Shown here: piece after piece, positions 25,130 through 35,069 of the stretch
Layout of the letters: every line of letters begins with the position of its first letter
How positions within the stretch are numbered: position 1 is the first letter of the stretch
NCBI GenBank assembly: GCA_030819375.1
Contig: GCA_030819375.1_4699.1
Source: a phage
Direction: 5' to 3' (one strand)
DNA: 38,456 nt
Position numbers and translations under genes: made by a program
Notes under the pieces: generated by a model
What the model was told of the DNA's origin: nothing
Seen by the model: only the letters and a program-made list of their open reading frames with translations
Databases searched by the model: none

Positions 25130-27534
25130 TGGAAGTACAAGGCTCTTTAGGTCGTCAGATTCAAGGTATTAGCCAACAACCAGCAGCAGTGCGGTTAGAT
25201 GGTCAATGTACTGATATGGTTAATATGGTTCCAGATGTAGTCAACGGTACACAATCTCGCATGGGAAGCACACACATTGCTAGGCTTCTTGATTCTGGTG
25301 ACGAAAACATGGCAACACATCATTACCGCAGAGGTGATGGTGTAGAGGAATATTTCTTCATTATGAAGAAAGGTAGCGTGCCAGAAATATTTGACAAAGA
25401 AGGTCGTAAATGCACTGTGACCTCTCAGGATGAACCTATGGCCTATCTTGCTGAGGTTGTGAACCCGAGAGAAGACGTGCAGTTCATGACTATTGCTGAT
25501 GTAACATTTATGCTTAACAGGCGTAAAGTAGTGAAAGCTCGTAGTGATAAGTCTCCAAAGGTGGGAAACAAGGCTATTGTGTTTTCTGCCTACGGGCAGT
25601 ATGGCACTTCGTACACTATCTCTATTAACGGCGAGCAAGCGGCGACCTTCAAAACTCCAGATGGAAGCGACCCTAGTCATGTAGAACAGATTCGCACTGA
25701 GTACCTAGCAACTAAGCTATATGAGAGTTTACAGACATGGAGTAAAGCGTCACAGTACACCTTGCAAAGAGAAGGCACTAGTATCTACATTGAAACTAAA
25801 GATGGTAGTGATTTCACTATTACTACTACAGATGGGGCCAAGGGTAAGGACTTGGTTGCCATAAAGAACCGAGTGTCATCTACAGACTTACTTCCCTCAA
25901 GAGCACCAGAAGGGTACAAGGTACAGGTGTGGCCTACAGGTAGTAAACCAGAATCTCGGTATTGGCTAGAGGCTGTACCTAAAGAGGGAGGTAACTTAGT
26001 TGCTTGGCAAGAAACTATTGCAGCAGATGTGTTACTTGGCTTTGATAAAGACACTATGCCTTATATTATAGAGCGTACAGGTATTGTCGGAGGTGTGGCA
26101 CAGTTTAAGATACGACATGGCGATTGGGAAGACCGTAAGGTAGGCGATGACCTAACTAACCCTATGCCTTCTTTTATTGATGAAGATGTACCACAGGCGA
26201 TTGGTGGTATGTTCATGGTGCAGAACCGTCTTTGTGTCACAGCAGGAGAAGCTGTCATAGCAACTAGGACTTCTCACTTCTTTGACTTCTTCCGCTTCTC
26301 CGCAGTGTCTGAGGTTGCAACAGATCCTTTTGATATTTTCTCAGATGCAAGTGAGGTCTACCAGCTCAAACATGCAGTAACACTAGATGGGGCAACGGTA
26401 TTATTCTCAGACACATCTCAGTTCATACTTCCTGGGGATAAAGTATTAGAGAAATCTAATGTCATACTCAAGCCTGCTACAACTTTCGAAGTGGATAATA
26501 GGGTGTCACCTGTGGCAACTGGTGAATCCGTGATGTTTGCTACAAGTGAAGGTGCTTACTCTGGTGTGCGTGAGTTTTATACCGACTCTTACAGCGACAC
26601 TAAGAAAGCACAGGCTGTTACTAGTCATGTTAACAAGTTGATAGAAGGTAATATAACTCATATGGTTGCTAGCACTAATATCAACAGGTTACTTGTGGTA
26701 ACAGACAGGGACCCTAATATTGTCTATTGCTATGACTGGTTGTGGCAAGGGACAGATCGTGTACAATCTGCATGGCATAAGTGGGTGTGGCCTAAAGATA
26801 CTTTGATTCGCTCTATGTTCTATTCCTCAGAGGTATTGTATCTCCTTGTAGAACGAGGTAATACTGGTTTGTATCTAGAGGTGATGGATATGGGTGATGC
26901 TCTTACTTATGGTTTAGTTGACAGAATTAGACTGGATAGGCAAGCAGAGTTGATCTTCACCTATGATGCTAATACAGACCAGTGGGTTTCTAATGAGTTG
27001 CCTTGGAAGCCTACTGACCCAGCCTTACTTGAGTGTGTGATAATTCAAGGGTGGCCTGCTTATATTGGTGGTTCTTTTCATTTTGAATATGATGAAGCCA
27101 GTAATAAGCTAATTACAACTTTTGATTTATCAGAAGAAGGCACTAATGCTATAGCTGTCGTAGGGCAGTTGTATCAGCAGGAGTTTGAGCCAACACAGGT
27201 CGTTATTCGAGATAACCAAGATAGAGTGTACTACATAGATGTGCCAGTGGTAGGCCTAGTTCACCTTAACTTGGATAAATACCCTGACTTTGAAGTTCAT
27301 ATCAAGAACTTAAAGAGTGGCAAATTAAGAAAGGCTTTGGCATCTAACAGGAAAGGCGGGGCACTTAATAATGTTGTTGGTTATGTCAAGCCAGAAGAGG
27401 GGTCATTCAAATTTCCACTAAGATCCCTTAGTACAGATACTGTTTATCGTATCATTGTTAACTCCCCTCATACATTCCAACTCAGGGATATTGAGTGGGA
27501 AGGTTCGTATAACCCAACTAAGAGGAGGGTATGA
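25129..27534 (+). CDS. Tail tubular protein B (gp12-like), 801 aa
   Basis: Size close to T7 gp12 (~794 aa); position. Confidence 0.9.
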   Translation: MEVQGSLGRQIQGISQQPAAVRLDGQCTDMVNMVPDVVNGTQSRMGSTHIARLLDSGDENMATHHYRRGDGVEEYFFIMKKGSVPEIFDKEGRKCTVTSQDEPMAYLAEVVNPREDVQFMTIADVTFMLNRRKVVKARSDKSPKVGNKAIVFSAYGQYGTSYTISINGEQAATFKTPDGSDPSHVEQIRTEYLATKLYESLQTWSKASQYTLQREGTSIYIETKDGSDFTITTTDGAKGKDLVAIKNRVSSTDLLPSRAPEGYKVQVWPTGSKPESRYWLEAVPKEGGNLVAWQETIAADVLLGFDKDTMPYIIERTGIVGGVAQFKIRHGDWEDRKVGDDLTNPMPSFIDEDVPQAIGGMFMVQNRLCVTAGEAVIATRTSHFFDFFRFSAVSEVATDPFDIFSDASEVYQLKHAVTLDGATVLFSDTSQFILPGDKVLEKSNVILKPATTFEVDNRVSPVATGESVMFATSEGAYSGVREFYTDSYSDTKKAQAVTSHVNKLIEGNITHMVASTNINRLLVVTDRDPNIVYCYDWLWQGTDRVQSAWHKWVWPKDTLIRSMFYSSEVLYLLVERGNTGLYLEVMDMGDALTYGLVDRIRLDRQAELIFTYDANTDQWVSNELPWKPTDPALLECVIIQGWPAYIGGSFHFEYDEASNKLITTFDLSEEGTNAIAVVGQLYQQEFEPTQVVIRDNQDRVYYIDVPVVGLVHLNLDKYPDFEVHIKNLKSGKLRKALASNRKGGALNNVVGYVKPEEGSFKFPLRSLSTDTVYRIIVNSPHTFQLRDIEWEGSYNPTKRRV

Positions 27535-28259
27535 TGGCAGTAATGGCAACAGTAGGATCAAGCCTAGCCAGTATGTTCTCCAGTAGTGCAGGTGCTGCGG
27601 CTGCTAGTAGCGCTGCTGGTAGTGCCGCCGCTGGGAGTGGTGGTGTGCTTGGCTCTGTCGGAAGTTTCTTAGGTGGAAGCTCTGCTGGCTTTTCTAATGC
27701 AGGTTTGTTGTCTGCTGGACTACAAGGCTTAAACTTACTAGGCGGCCTATTCGGTGGACGAGATACCGCTAAGGCTATGCAGAAAGCACAAGAAGAAGAG
27801 TGGAGACAAAGGCTAGAAGCCACACGTGAAGCCTATTCTTCTGTGGCAAATGCAGAACGGTCTGCTGCAAAGCAATATCATTCTGACTTCCTTAATAATC
27901 AAATTTCACTGATGCAGCAACGAGCGCAAGTTGCAGTAATGGCAGGTGCTACTGGAACAGGTGGTAGCTCCATCACATCCATGCTCAATGATTTGACGGC
28001 AGAAGGCGGTCGTAATCAGTCAACCATTATAGATAATTATGAGAATCAGCAAATCAACTTTGCCAACCAGTTGAAGTCTATTCAACGCAGTGGACAGATG
28101 CAGATGCGAACGTTTGACAAACCTTCCGCTTTGGGTACTTTGGTGAAAGGTATACCAAGCCTTGCATCTTCCTATGTCACCGGAAGTAAAGCAGGTATGG
28201 CGCTTGGCAAGGCTATCACTGAGTCTCGTACTTATTCATCAGGAACTAGAGGGGTTTAA
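27531..28259 (+). CDS. Internal virion protein (small core protein), 242 aa, Gly/Ala/Ser-rich N-terminus
   Basis: Position after tail tube B; GAGGAGGG RBS. Confidence 0.8.
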   Translation: MMAVMATVGSSLASMFSSSAGAAAASSAAGSAAAGSGGVLGSVGSFLGGSSAGFSNAGLLSAGLQGLNLLGGLFGGRDTAKAMQKAQEEEWRQRLEATREAYSSVANAERSAAKQYHSDFLNNQISLMQQRAQVAVMAGATGTGGSSITSMLNDLTAEGGRNQSTIIDNYENQQINFANQLKSIQRSGQMQMRTFDKPSALGTLVKGIPSLASSYVTGSKAGMALGKAITESRTYSSGTRGV

Positions 28260-31202
28260 ATGGCAATTGAACGTCAAGCTGTACAAGGTTTAGAAAGAGT
28301 ACAGTCAAGGGGTGCGCCAATGCCTATGTCTTTCACACCACGACAAGTGAGTATCTCAGGGGGCGCTGATGCCTCCGGTAGTAGATTTTTGGAAGACTTA
28401 GTAAACGCCGCAAGTAGTGTGGCTGATGTCACTACTGCTATCCTTAATCAGCAAGTAGAAGACGATAAGGTTCGCCAGATGGATAGGGCTTTGTCTGGCA
28501 TGATGCCTTCTGAGGATGCCACGGTAGGCGGTGCTCGTGCTCATATGCTGGTTAGTTTACAAAATGATGTAATCGCACAGACAACTGCGCTACAAGCAGA
28601 AGCACAGCGATTTCAAGGTAGTGACGAGGATTGGGAAAACTATGTAGTTCAATCTCGTAATGAGGTACAAAATAGGTTATGGCAAAGTTATCCAGAGCTT
28701 CGTGGTGACAAAGATTCTATGAGGCTTGTCACTAACGCGTTCATGGAGCAGCAACCTAGAATTACTGCAACTAGAGCAGAGGCTAAACTTCGTCAAGAAG
28801 AAGAAGCACGAATGCAATCTATGCAGTCTCGTATTATCATGGCTACAAGGGACGTAGCGCCAGATGCCACTGGTGCAGCTCTTATCCAGCTACAAAAAGA
28901 AGCACTGGCGATGGGTCTTAGTAAACCTGAGTTTGATCAAATGGTTGCTAAGATTGCATCTGAAAGAGCGGCAGTAGGAGATGATAGTCTTATTCAGGGA
29001 ACCAAGGCATTGGTGGATGATAAGGGTGTCTCTTTGTATGACCGTGTTGGTGCTTTGCAAACTGGAGAAATTCAAGCTAACAGAACTTGGGCTGCTCAGA
29101 ATCAGGTTGCCCTCTTCGAGAAGAAAGATGCAGCTATAAAGGCATTCGATGCAGGGCAACTTACTCGCGAAGAGTTACTTCAGGTGATGCAGAATCACAA
29201 TGAATTGACTGGTGGCACTGCTTGGTCTGATAGCGAGATCAAGGCTATCTTCGATAGGCAAGCTAAGGTTAATGCAGAGAAAGCAAAGCTAGAAGATCTT
29301 ATTGCACGAGGTGAATCTGGGTCGCCTTTAGGCTTACAGGACATTAGTAAGGATGACAGAAAGGCATATGCTGAAGCCTTAGTTAGTACCTACACTAAGC
29401 TGGCAGAAGATGAAATTGCCCGTACTGGTGCAACGGGAGAACAGGCTGAAGCTATTCGCGGTAGGTATGAGCAGATGCGTTATCTTAAATTGGGTCAACA
29501 GCTTATTGAAGACCCGATCATTAAGGAAAGGTATTCGTCGCTTATGCAGCTATCCTCTGCCAACCTCAAGGATATGAATGTTGAACCTGAAGCACTGCAA
29601 ACTATCATGCGAGCACGTGATTCTATTCCAGAGGATGCACGTCGTGCTGTTATGGGAGACAAAGAATATGCCTTTGTTGAGAACTATGACTTAGCAACTC
29701 GCATGGGGTATAACACAGGTCAAGCTATTGAGTTTGCACAGAATGCCTCTCGCGGCGAGAAATTACAAGGTTCTGTGCTCAAAGAACTTAATGATGATGT
29801 AGATGGAGTAGTTAGTGACATTGCAGGAGGCAGCTGGCTCACTTTTGGTGATAACATGAGTGAAATGGGACGTGACATTATGATGGAGGAGGCAAGTACA
29901 ATTGCTAGAGCAATGAAGGTTGCAGGCCATAATAATGACACTATTAAGCGTCACCTTAAATCCTACCTTACAAGCCAGTATACACAATTATCAGAAGGTT
30001 TCTTTACTCAAGGTGTTCTTGTAAAAGGAGACATTCGTACGTTAGGAGATACTATAGGAGTAAACCAAGGAGACGTCCCAATTACTCTCCGTCAGTACCT
30101 AGATAATAACAAACAAGCCCTGCTAGATGCATCAGGTGGGTTAGAGGAAGGCGACCTATATTTTGATGTAGATGCGAAGCGCGGCCTCTTTACTATACGT
30201 GCAGGCTCTGGTCGTGTGCCTGTTACACAGGCAATGCCTTTGTCTGAAATCAAAGGGCAATCCTTGCTTAAGCAACGGTATAATGCAGAGGTTAAAGCAC
30301 GTGATGAAGGGCGTAAGAACTTTGAAGCACAACAAATGCGAATGTGGGGCGCAGGTGGCTACCAAGCACAACCACCTGCAAAGACTACAGCCAAAACTGT
30401 AGGCTCACGTGGGATTGCTGACTTCTTAATGTCACCTGCCTTTGCATCAGGCGAGAATCTACCAGCAAACTTTGAGTTCGGATATAAGAGAAATAATATG
30501 GACTTCTACAATTATGTAGCCAAGATGGAGAATAATACCAATGTAGGTTTTGACCGAGTAGCTGGTGTTTATACACCATACAAAGATGCACATGGTCAGT
30601 CTGTAGGGTACGGTCACTTCCTTACTACTGAAGAGAAGAAGAACGGATACATTATGATTGGTACAGAGAAAGTGCCATTCACTCCGGGACAATCTCAATT
30701 AACACCAGAACGAGCCATGCGCCTTCTACAGCAAGACTTGAAGAGTCATGTGCCAAGTACTTCAGGATGGGCTGTTCCCTTCGAAGAGATGCACCCAGGT
30801 GTTCAGCGTGGCCTTATGGACTTGTCCTATAATTTAGGAAAAGGCGGGATCCAGAATGCTCCTAAGGCATACGCTGCATTTAAGGCTGGCAAGTTTACTG
30901 ATGGCTTCATCGAGATGCTATCTACTGCATCTACTGAAGGCAAGCGCAGCACTGGATTGTTAGTTCGTAGGGCGGAAGCTTATAACCTTGCACAGAGTGG
31001 TGGTGCTATCCCTAAGATTAGTGAAGTGGAGACACGAGCAGATGGATCTATGTATGTGAAGTTTGCAGGACAGATGTCAGAGGCTTTCGTAAATAAATCA
31101 ATCTACAATCAGATTGGTAAGGATGGGTGGATGCAAGTGTATCCTCCAAAGCAAGGTGCACTTGCACCTAACACTCAGATTGGTAGAATCAAACTGAGCT
31201 AG
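28260..31202 (+). CDS. Internal virion (ejection) protein with C-terminal lysozyme-like domain, 980 aa
   Basis: Residues ~740-910: YKDAHGQSVGYGH...LTPERAMRLLQQDL...LMDLSYNLGKGG...LLVRRAEAYNL resembles GH24 phage lysozymes. Confidence 0.9.
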   Translation: MAIERQAVQGLERVQSRGAPMPMSFTPRQVSISGGADASGSRFLEDLVNAASSVADVTTAILNQQVEDDKVRQMDRALSGMMPSEDATVGGARAHMLVSLQNDVIAQTTALQAEAQRFQGSDEDWENYVVQSRNEVQNRLWQSYPELRGDKDSMRLVTNAFMEQQPRITATRAEAKLRQEEEARMQSMQSRIIMATRDVAPDATGAALIQLQKEALAMGLSKPEFDQMVAKIASERAAVGDDSLIQGTKALVDDKGVSLYDRVGALQTGEIQANRTWAAQNQVALFEKKDAAIKAFDAGQLTREELLQVMQNHNELTGGTAWSDSEIKAIFDRQAKVNAEKAKLEDLIARGESGSPLGLQDISKDDRKAYAEALVSTYTKLAEDEIARTGATGEQAEAIRGRYEQMRYLKLGQQLIEDPIIKERYSSLMQLSSANLKDMNVEPEALQTIMRARDSIPEDARRAVMGDKEYAFVENYDLATRMGYNTGQAIEFAQNASRGEKLQGSVLKELNDDVDGVVSDIAGGSWLTFGDNMSEMGRDIMMEEASTIARAMKVAGHNNDTIKRHLKSYLTSQYTQLSEGFFTQGVLVKGDIRTLGDTIGVNQGDVPITLRQYLDNNKQALLDASGGLEEGDLYFDVDAKRGLFTIRAGSGRVPVTQAMPLSEIKGQSLLKQRYNAEVKARDEGRKNFEAQQMRMWGAGGYQAQPPAKTTAKTVGSRGIADFLMSPAFASGENLPANFEFGYKRNNMDFYNYVAKMENNTNVGFDRVAGVYTPYKDAHGQSVGYGHFLTTEEKKNGYIMIGTEKVPFTPGQSQLTPERAMRLLQQDLKSHVPSTSGWAVPFEEMHPGVQRGLMDLSYNLGKGGIQNAPKAYAAFKAGKFTDGFIEMLSTASTEGKRSTGLLVRRAEAYNLAQSGGAIPKISEVETRADGSMYVKFAGQMSEAFVNKSIYNQIGKDGWMQVYPPKQGALAPNTQIGRIKLS

Positions 31203-31212
31203 TGTTATACTC

Positions 31213-31246
31213 AAGGTTTGTCTCACATGTGAGACATGCCTTTATG
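31213..31246 (+). terminator. Hairpin with GTCTCACATGTGAGAC core (copy 6), terminator or processing site
   Basis: Stem ggtttgtctca/tgagacatgcc, loop CATG, then TTTATGA; directly after the stop at 31202. Confidence 0.5.
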
Positions 31247-31265
31247 ACATTAATTAGGAGGTAAC

Positions 31266-34200
31266 ATGGTTGATAGTATTAACCAAAATTGGGTGGCGGT
31301 GACTCAACGCAAGTTACCGCCTACCTTCTCTCAAGTTGCTGAAGCAGAGCGTAAGGCCGAAGCACAGAGAGCTAATGACAAAGTATTCCAAACAGCCATA
31401 GAGAGTGAGTGGGCTTTGTATGGTGGACAACGTGCCTATGAACGCCACACTACAGAGTTTGCTGAACAAGAAGGTTATGAAGTACCTGAATCAACTAAGG
31501 ATGAACTATCCAAGTCGTATGGGTATGAAATAGCGCAAGATATAGTCAAGAATGTGAAGTCTCCAGAAGAGTTGCAATTCCGTATGTCTAATGCTGCTGC
31601 TGATAAAGACAGAGCAGACATCTTAGCACGTAATGGTTTCACAGGTTTCAGCGCACAGATTGCTGCTGGTATTCTTGACCCTGTAGGTTGGGCGACTTCT
31701 CTAGTAGCTGCACCTGTAGCTGGTGCTGTCAAAGTAGGTCGTCTAGGTAGGGTTATCAAGACGGCTGCCTTATCTGGTGCTGAAAATGCTGCATTAGAAG
31801 CTGTGCTTGCACAAGGTGATTACCAGCGAGGTGTCGATGATGTACTGGCTGCTGCCGGGTTTGGTATGATTATGGGCGGTACTATTGGCGCTGCAACTAG
31901 GGAACGCATAGCCAGTGCTGGTTCTCGTACAGCGGCAGAGAGAGCAGAGGCTGTATTTGATGACTTGGACACCGTAGTAAAAGGTGCTGATGAGTTTGAC
32001 TCGTCTGCTGCTCGTGCTGTACGTGAGGCCATGGAGTATGACGCGTATATGGCAGCACGTAATTATGAACCACTTCGTGCAAGAGAGGTGGATGCAGATA
32101 TGGCAATTCTATCTCACACAGACAACTTGAAAGCCAATGCGTCGGTAAGGATGAGTGCTAGAGAGAAAGGACTACTGAAGAAACAGATACGCCAACTGGA
32201 AGCAGAAGCAGCCACACTTAAGGGGAAGAAGATAGATGCTGTAGCAGAGGCTGCCGCCGCTAAGGGTGCACCTAAATCTGCTGCGGACAGATTGGATTTA
32301 GATGTTCAGAAGAAAGCACTGGCACGTAGATTCGATGAACCACTTGCTGATTTACAAGCGCGTCTTGATGAGTTGAATGCCAAGTTATCTCGTGCGAACA
32401 ATGTAGGTAAGGCTAAGGAGGAGCTTAAGAGATTCTCATCGCTGTCCCGTGAAGATCAAATAAAGGAACTAGGTTTAGACGCACCAATGCGTAAGGTGGA
32501 GATGACCCGTGCTGTACGAGATGCAGTAGCTGCAATCCGTGCCGAACGTAAGAAGACACCTACCGAGATACATGCTGAACAAGCTGCAGAAGAGGTAATC
32601 AAGCAAAAGGCAGAGGACTCTATTGGTGCTAAACGTGTTGAAGGTTCAGAGATTGCAGGCGAGCAGTTTGACTTATCTAAAAACATGGAAGAACTTATGG
32701 ATGACTTGGCACGAGAAGCATATCAGTCAGAGGTGCGGCCTATTAATCTTAAGGGTCTAGGTTCAGTGTCTTCTGTGATTCTTAACTCAGAGAATCCTGT
32801 GTTCCGAGGTCTAGGTCTTCGTCTGCTTGAAAATGCTCAAGGTGGTGCATACCAAGGTAAGACAGCTTCTATCTTATCAGATGTGTATGGCAACCTTATT
32901 CGTCATGCAGAACGTAACAGGTACAATGATGGTTTCTCTCAATTCATCAAAGATAACAACCTACGTGCGGTAGATTATCTTAACCCTGCAACGACACGGG
33001 ATTTCAATAATCAGATTTATACAGCAATTGTTCGTGGCATACCAGAAGATACACCTCGTGGTGTTAAACTGGCAGCAGAAGGTATCGCTGATAAACTCAA
33101 GAAAGCACTTGAGATTCGTAAGCAAGCAGGAGAGCATGGATTCGAAGATATACAATCTGCTAAGGATTACATCCCTGTTATCTATGACGGTATCAAGGTT
33201 ACTGAGGCAGTTAACAAATTGGGGAGTAGTGAGGCTGTTATTCACTTACTATCCAAAGGCTACCAGACAGGTAAGTACAAACTTGGCAAGAAAGCTGCGG
33301 ATGCCCTAGCAAAAGTACAGTACATTCGTGCATCGGACTCCACCCTCTCTAGTCGTGTTGCATTCGATAGGGTGGTATCCCAGCAGCAGCAGGCTCAATT
33401 GATTGAGGATCTGAAGAAAGCAGGGGTACCAGACCATATCATTGATAATTTCATTGAAGGTACTGAATTAGCAGAAATGGCTGAATCGGTATCCAATCGA
33501 GCTAAAGCTAGTATGGGTATTAATACGCAAGCCGAATATGGCGGTTTGAAGGTGCAGGATTTGCTTAATACAAACGTAGGGGAGCTAGCGGAGAACTACG
33601 GCAAAGAGGCAGCGGGTGGTGCTGCATTGGCTGCTATGGGTTTCCCTACTCGCCAATCTGTGCTGAACGCAATAGATGCCGCAGAACGCGCAGGCCGCAA
33701 TATGGCGGGGTCAAATGCTAAGGCAATCAAACAGCTTAGGTCTGAGGCAGAAATGCTCAGAGATGCCGTTAAGTTAATTTACGGCAACACTATTGACGCC
33801 GACCCTAACTCTGGAATTGTCAGGGGCACTCGACGTGTCCGTGAGATTACAGGGTTGTTACGATTAGGCCAAATGGGCTTCGCTCAGATACCTGAACTGG
33901 CACGTGCAATCTCTAAGATGGGACTAGGGACTGTGCTGAAGTCTGTACCTGCCACTAAGTTCTTACGTTCGAGAGCGGCTCGTAAAGGTGGCACTGCTCA
34001 GGGTGAGTTGCTTGAACCTGAACTGCGAGAAATGGAGGAACTCTTAGGTTATATCGGGGAGGATAACTGGCTCACAGGGTGGAATGTCCGTCATGATGAG
34101 TTCGGAGAAACTGCGGATAACCTAGGCAAGCTGTCTGCTATTATTGATAACGGATTAGCTATGGGTAGTAGAATCAACACAATACTATCTGGTTTTAAAG

Positions 34201-35069
34201 CAGTACAAGGTGGCTCAGAGAAGATTATAGCTCGCTCTATCAATAAGCGACTAAAGCAACATTTGATGGGGGAGCGACAGTTACCCAAAGCAGATCTTGA
34301 AGAAGTTGGCCTAAGTGAAGATGTCATGAAGAGACTTAAGCGTCACTTTGATGATAACCCAATGTACGCTGATTACAAAGGTGAAAAAGTTCGTATGATG
34401 AACTTTGATGCTATGGAGCCAGACCTGAGAGAGACAGTGGGTGTTGCTGTGCGAAGAATGTCAGGACGTCTTATTCAGCGTAACTTCATAGGAGATGAAG
34501 GTATCTGGATGAATAAATGGTGGGGCAAGGCATTGACCCAGTTTAAGTCATTCTCTATTGTCTCTATTGAGAAACAGCTAATCCATGATTTACGAGGAGA
34601 TAAGATTCAGGCTGCACAGATCCTTGCATGGTCTACCTTACTAGGCTATGCATCTTATGCACTACAGATGCAGATGCAAGCAATTGGTAGGGAGGACAGA
34701 GACAAGTTCTTGAGGGATAAGTTCGAGACACAGAATATCGCTATGGGTGTCTTTAATAAACTCCCACAAGTTGCAGGCTTCGGTCTTGCTGGTGATGCTT
34801 TGGCAACATTTGGCCTAATGCCAGACTCTATGATGCAAGCGCCTGGACGTATGGGGTTCCGTCAGCAAGGGTTTGGTGATTTGGTAGCAGGTGCTGGTGT
34901 GATCAGCGATACAGTTAATTTGTCACAAGCACTAGTTAAGTACGCCAACGGAGATGATGATGTCTCTACTCGGCAGTTGGTGGACAAGGTTCGTCGCCTT
35001 GTTCCTTTGGCAAATACTATTGGTGTAGGTCAGATGACTAAAGCCAGTGTAGACTTATTGGAGGATTGA
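31266..35069 (+). CDS. Large internal virion (ejection/core) protein, gp16-like, 1267 aa
   Basis: Largest ORF of the structural module; AGGAGG RBS. Confidence 0.9.
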   Translation: MVDSINQNWVAVTQRKLPPTFSQVAEAERKAEAQRANDKVFQTAIESEWALYGGQRAYERHTTEFAEQEGYEVPESTKDELSKSYGYEIAQDIVKNVKSPEELQFRMSNAAADKDRADILARNGFTGFSAQIAAGILDPVGWATSLVAAPVAGAVKVGRLGRVIKTAALSGAENAALEAVLAQGDYQRGVDDVLAAAGFGMIMGGTIGAATRERIASAGSRTAAERAEAVFDDLDTVVKGADEFDSSAARAVREAMEYDAYMAARNYEPLRAREVDADMAILSHTDNLKANASVRMSAREKGLLKKQIRQLEAEAATLKGKKIDAVAEAAAAKGAPKSAADRLDLDVQKKALARRFDEPLADLQARLDELNAKLSRANNVGKAKEELKRFSSLSREDQIKELGLDAPMRKVEMTRAVRDAVAAIRAERKKTPTEIHAEQAAEEVIKQKAEDSIGAKRVEGSEIAGEQFDLSKNMEELMDDLAREAYQSEVRPINLKGLGSVSSVILNSENPVFRGLGLRLLENAQGGAYQGKTASILSDVYGNLIRHAERNRYNDGFSQFIKDNNLRAVDYLNPATTRDFNNQIYTAIVRGIPEDTPRGVKLAAEGIADKLKKALEIRKQAGEHGFEDIQSAKDYIPVIYDGIKVTEAVNKLGSSEAVIHLLSKGYQTGKYKLGKKAADALAKVQYIRASDSTLSSRVAFDRVVSQQQQAQLIEDLKKAGVPDHIIDNFIEGTELAEMAESVSNRAKASMGINTQAEYGGLKVQDLLNTNVGELAENYGKEAAGGAALAAMGFPTRQSVLNAIDAAERAGRNMAGSNAKAIKQLRSEAEMLRDAVKLIYGNTIDADPNSGIVRGTRRVREITGLLRLGQMGFAQIPELARAISKMGLGTVLKSVPATKFLRSRAARKGGTAQGELLEPELREMEELLGYIGEDNWLTGWNVRHDEFGETADNLGKLSAIIDNGLAMGSRINTILSGFKAVQGGSEKIIARSINKRLKQHLMGERQLPKADLEEVGLSEDVMKRLKRHFDDNPMYADYKGEKVRMMNFDAMEPDLRETVGVAVRRMSGRLIQRNFIGDEGIWMNKWWGKALTQFKSFSIVSIEKQLIHDLRGDKIQAAQILAWSTLLGYASYALQMQMQAIGREDRDKFLRDKFETQNIAMGVFNKLPQVAGFGLAGDALATFGLMPDSMMQAPGRMGFRQQGFGDLVAGAGVISDTVNLSQALVKYANGDDDVSTRQLVDKVRRLVPLANTIGVGQMTKASVDLLED

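Noticed and set aside
4341-33309. Short + strand ORFs nested in other frames of long genes (e.g. 4341-4526, 6595-6789, 7807-8157, 10029-10223, 10833-11288, 11289-11495, 12300-12485, 16199-16393, 16931-17212, 18796-18984, 22231-22434, 30172-30402, 33028-33309)
   Set aside because: Fully embedded in RNAP, primase, DNAP, exonuclease, phosphoesterase, ligase, scaffold or internal virion protein genes; no RBS; no recognisable motifs.
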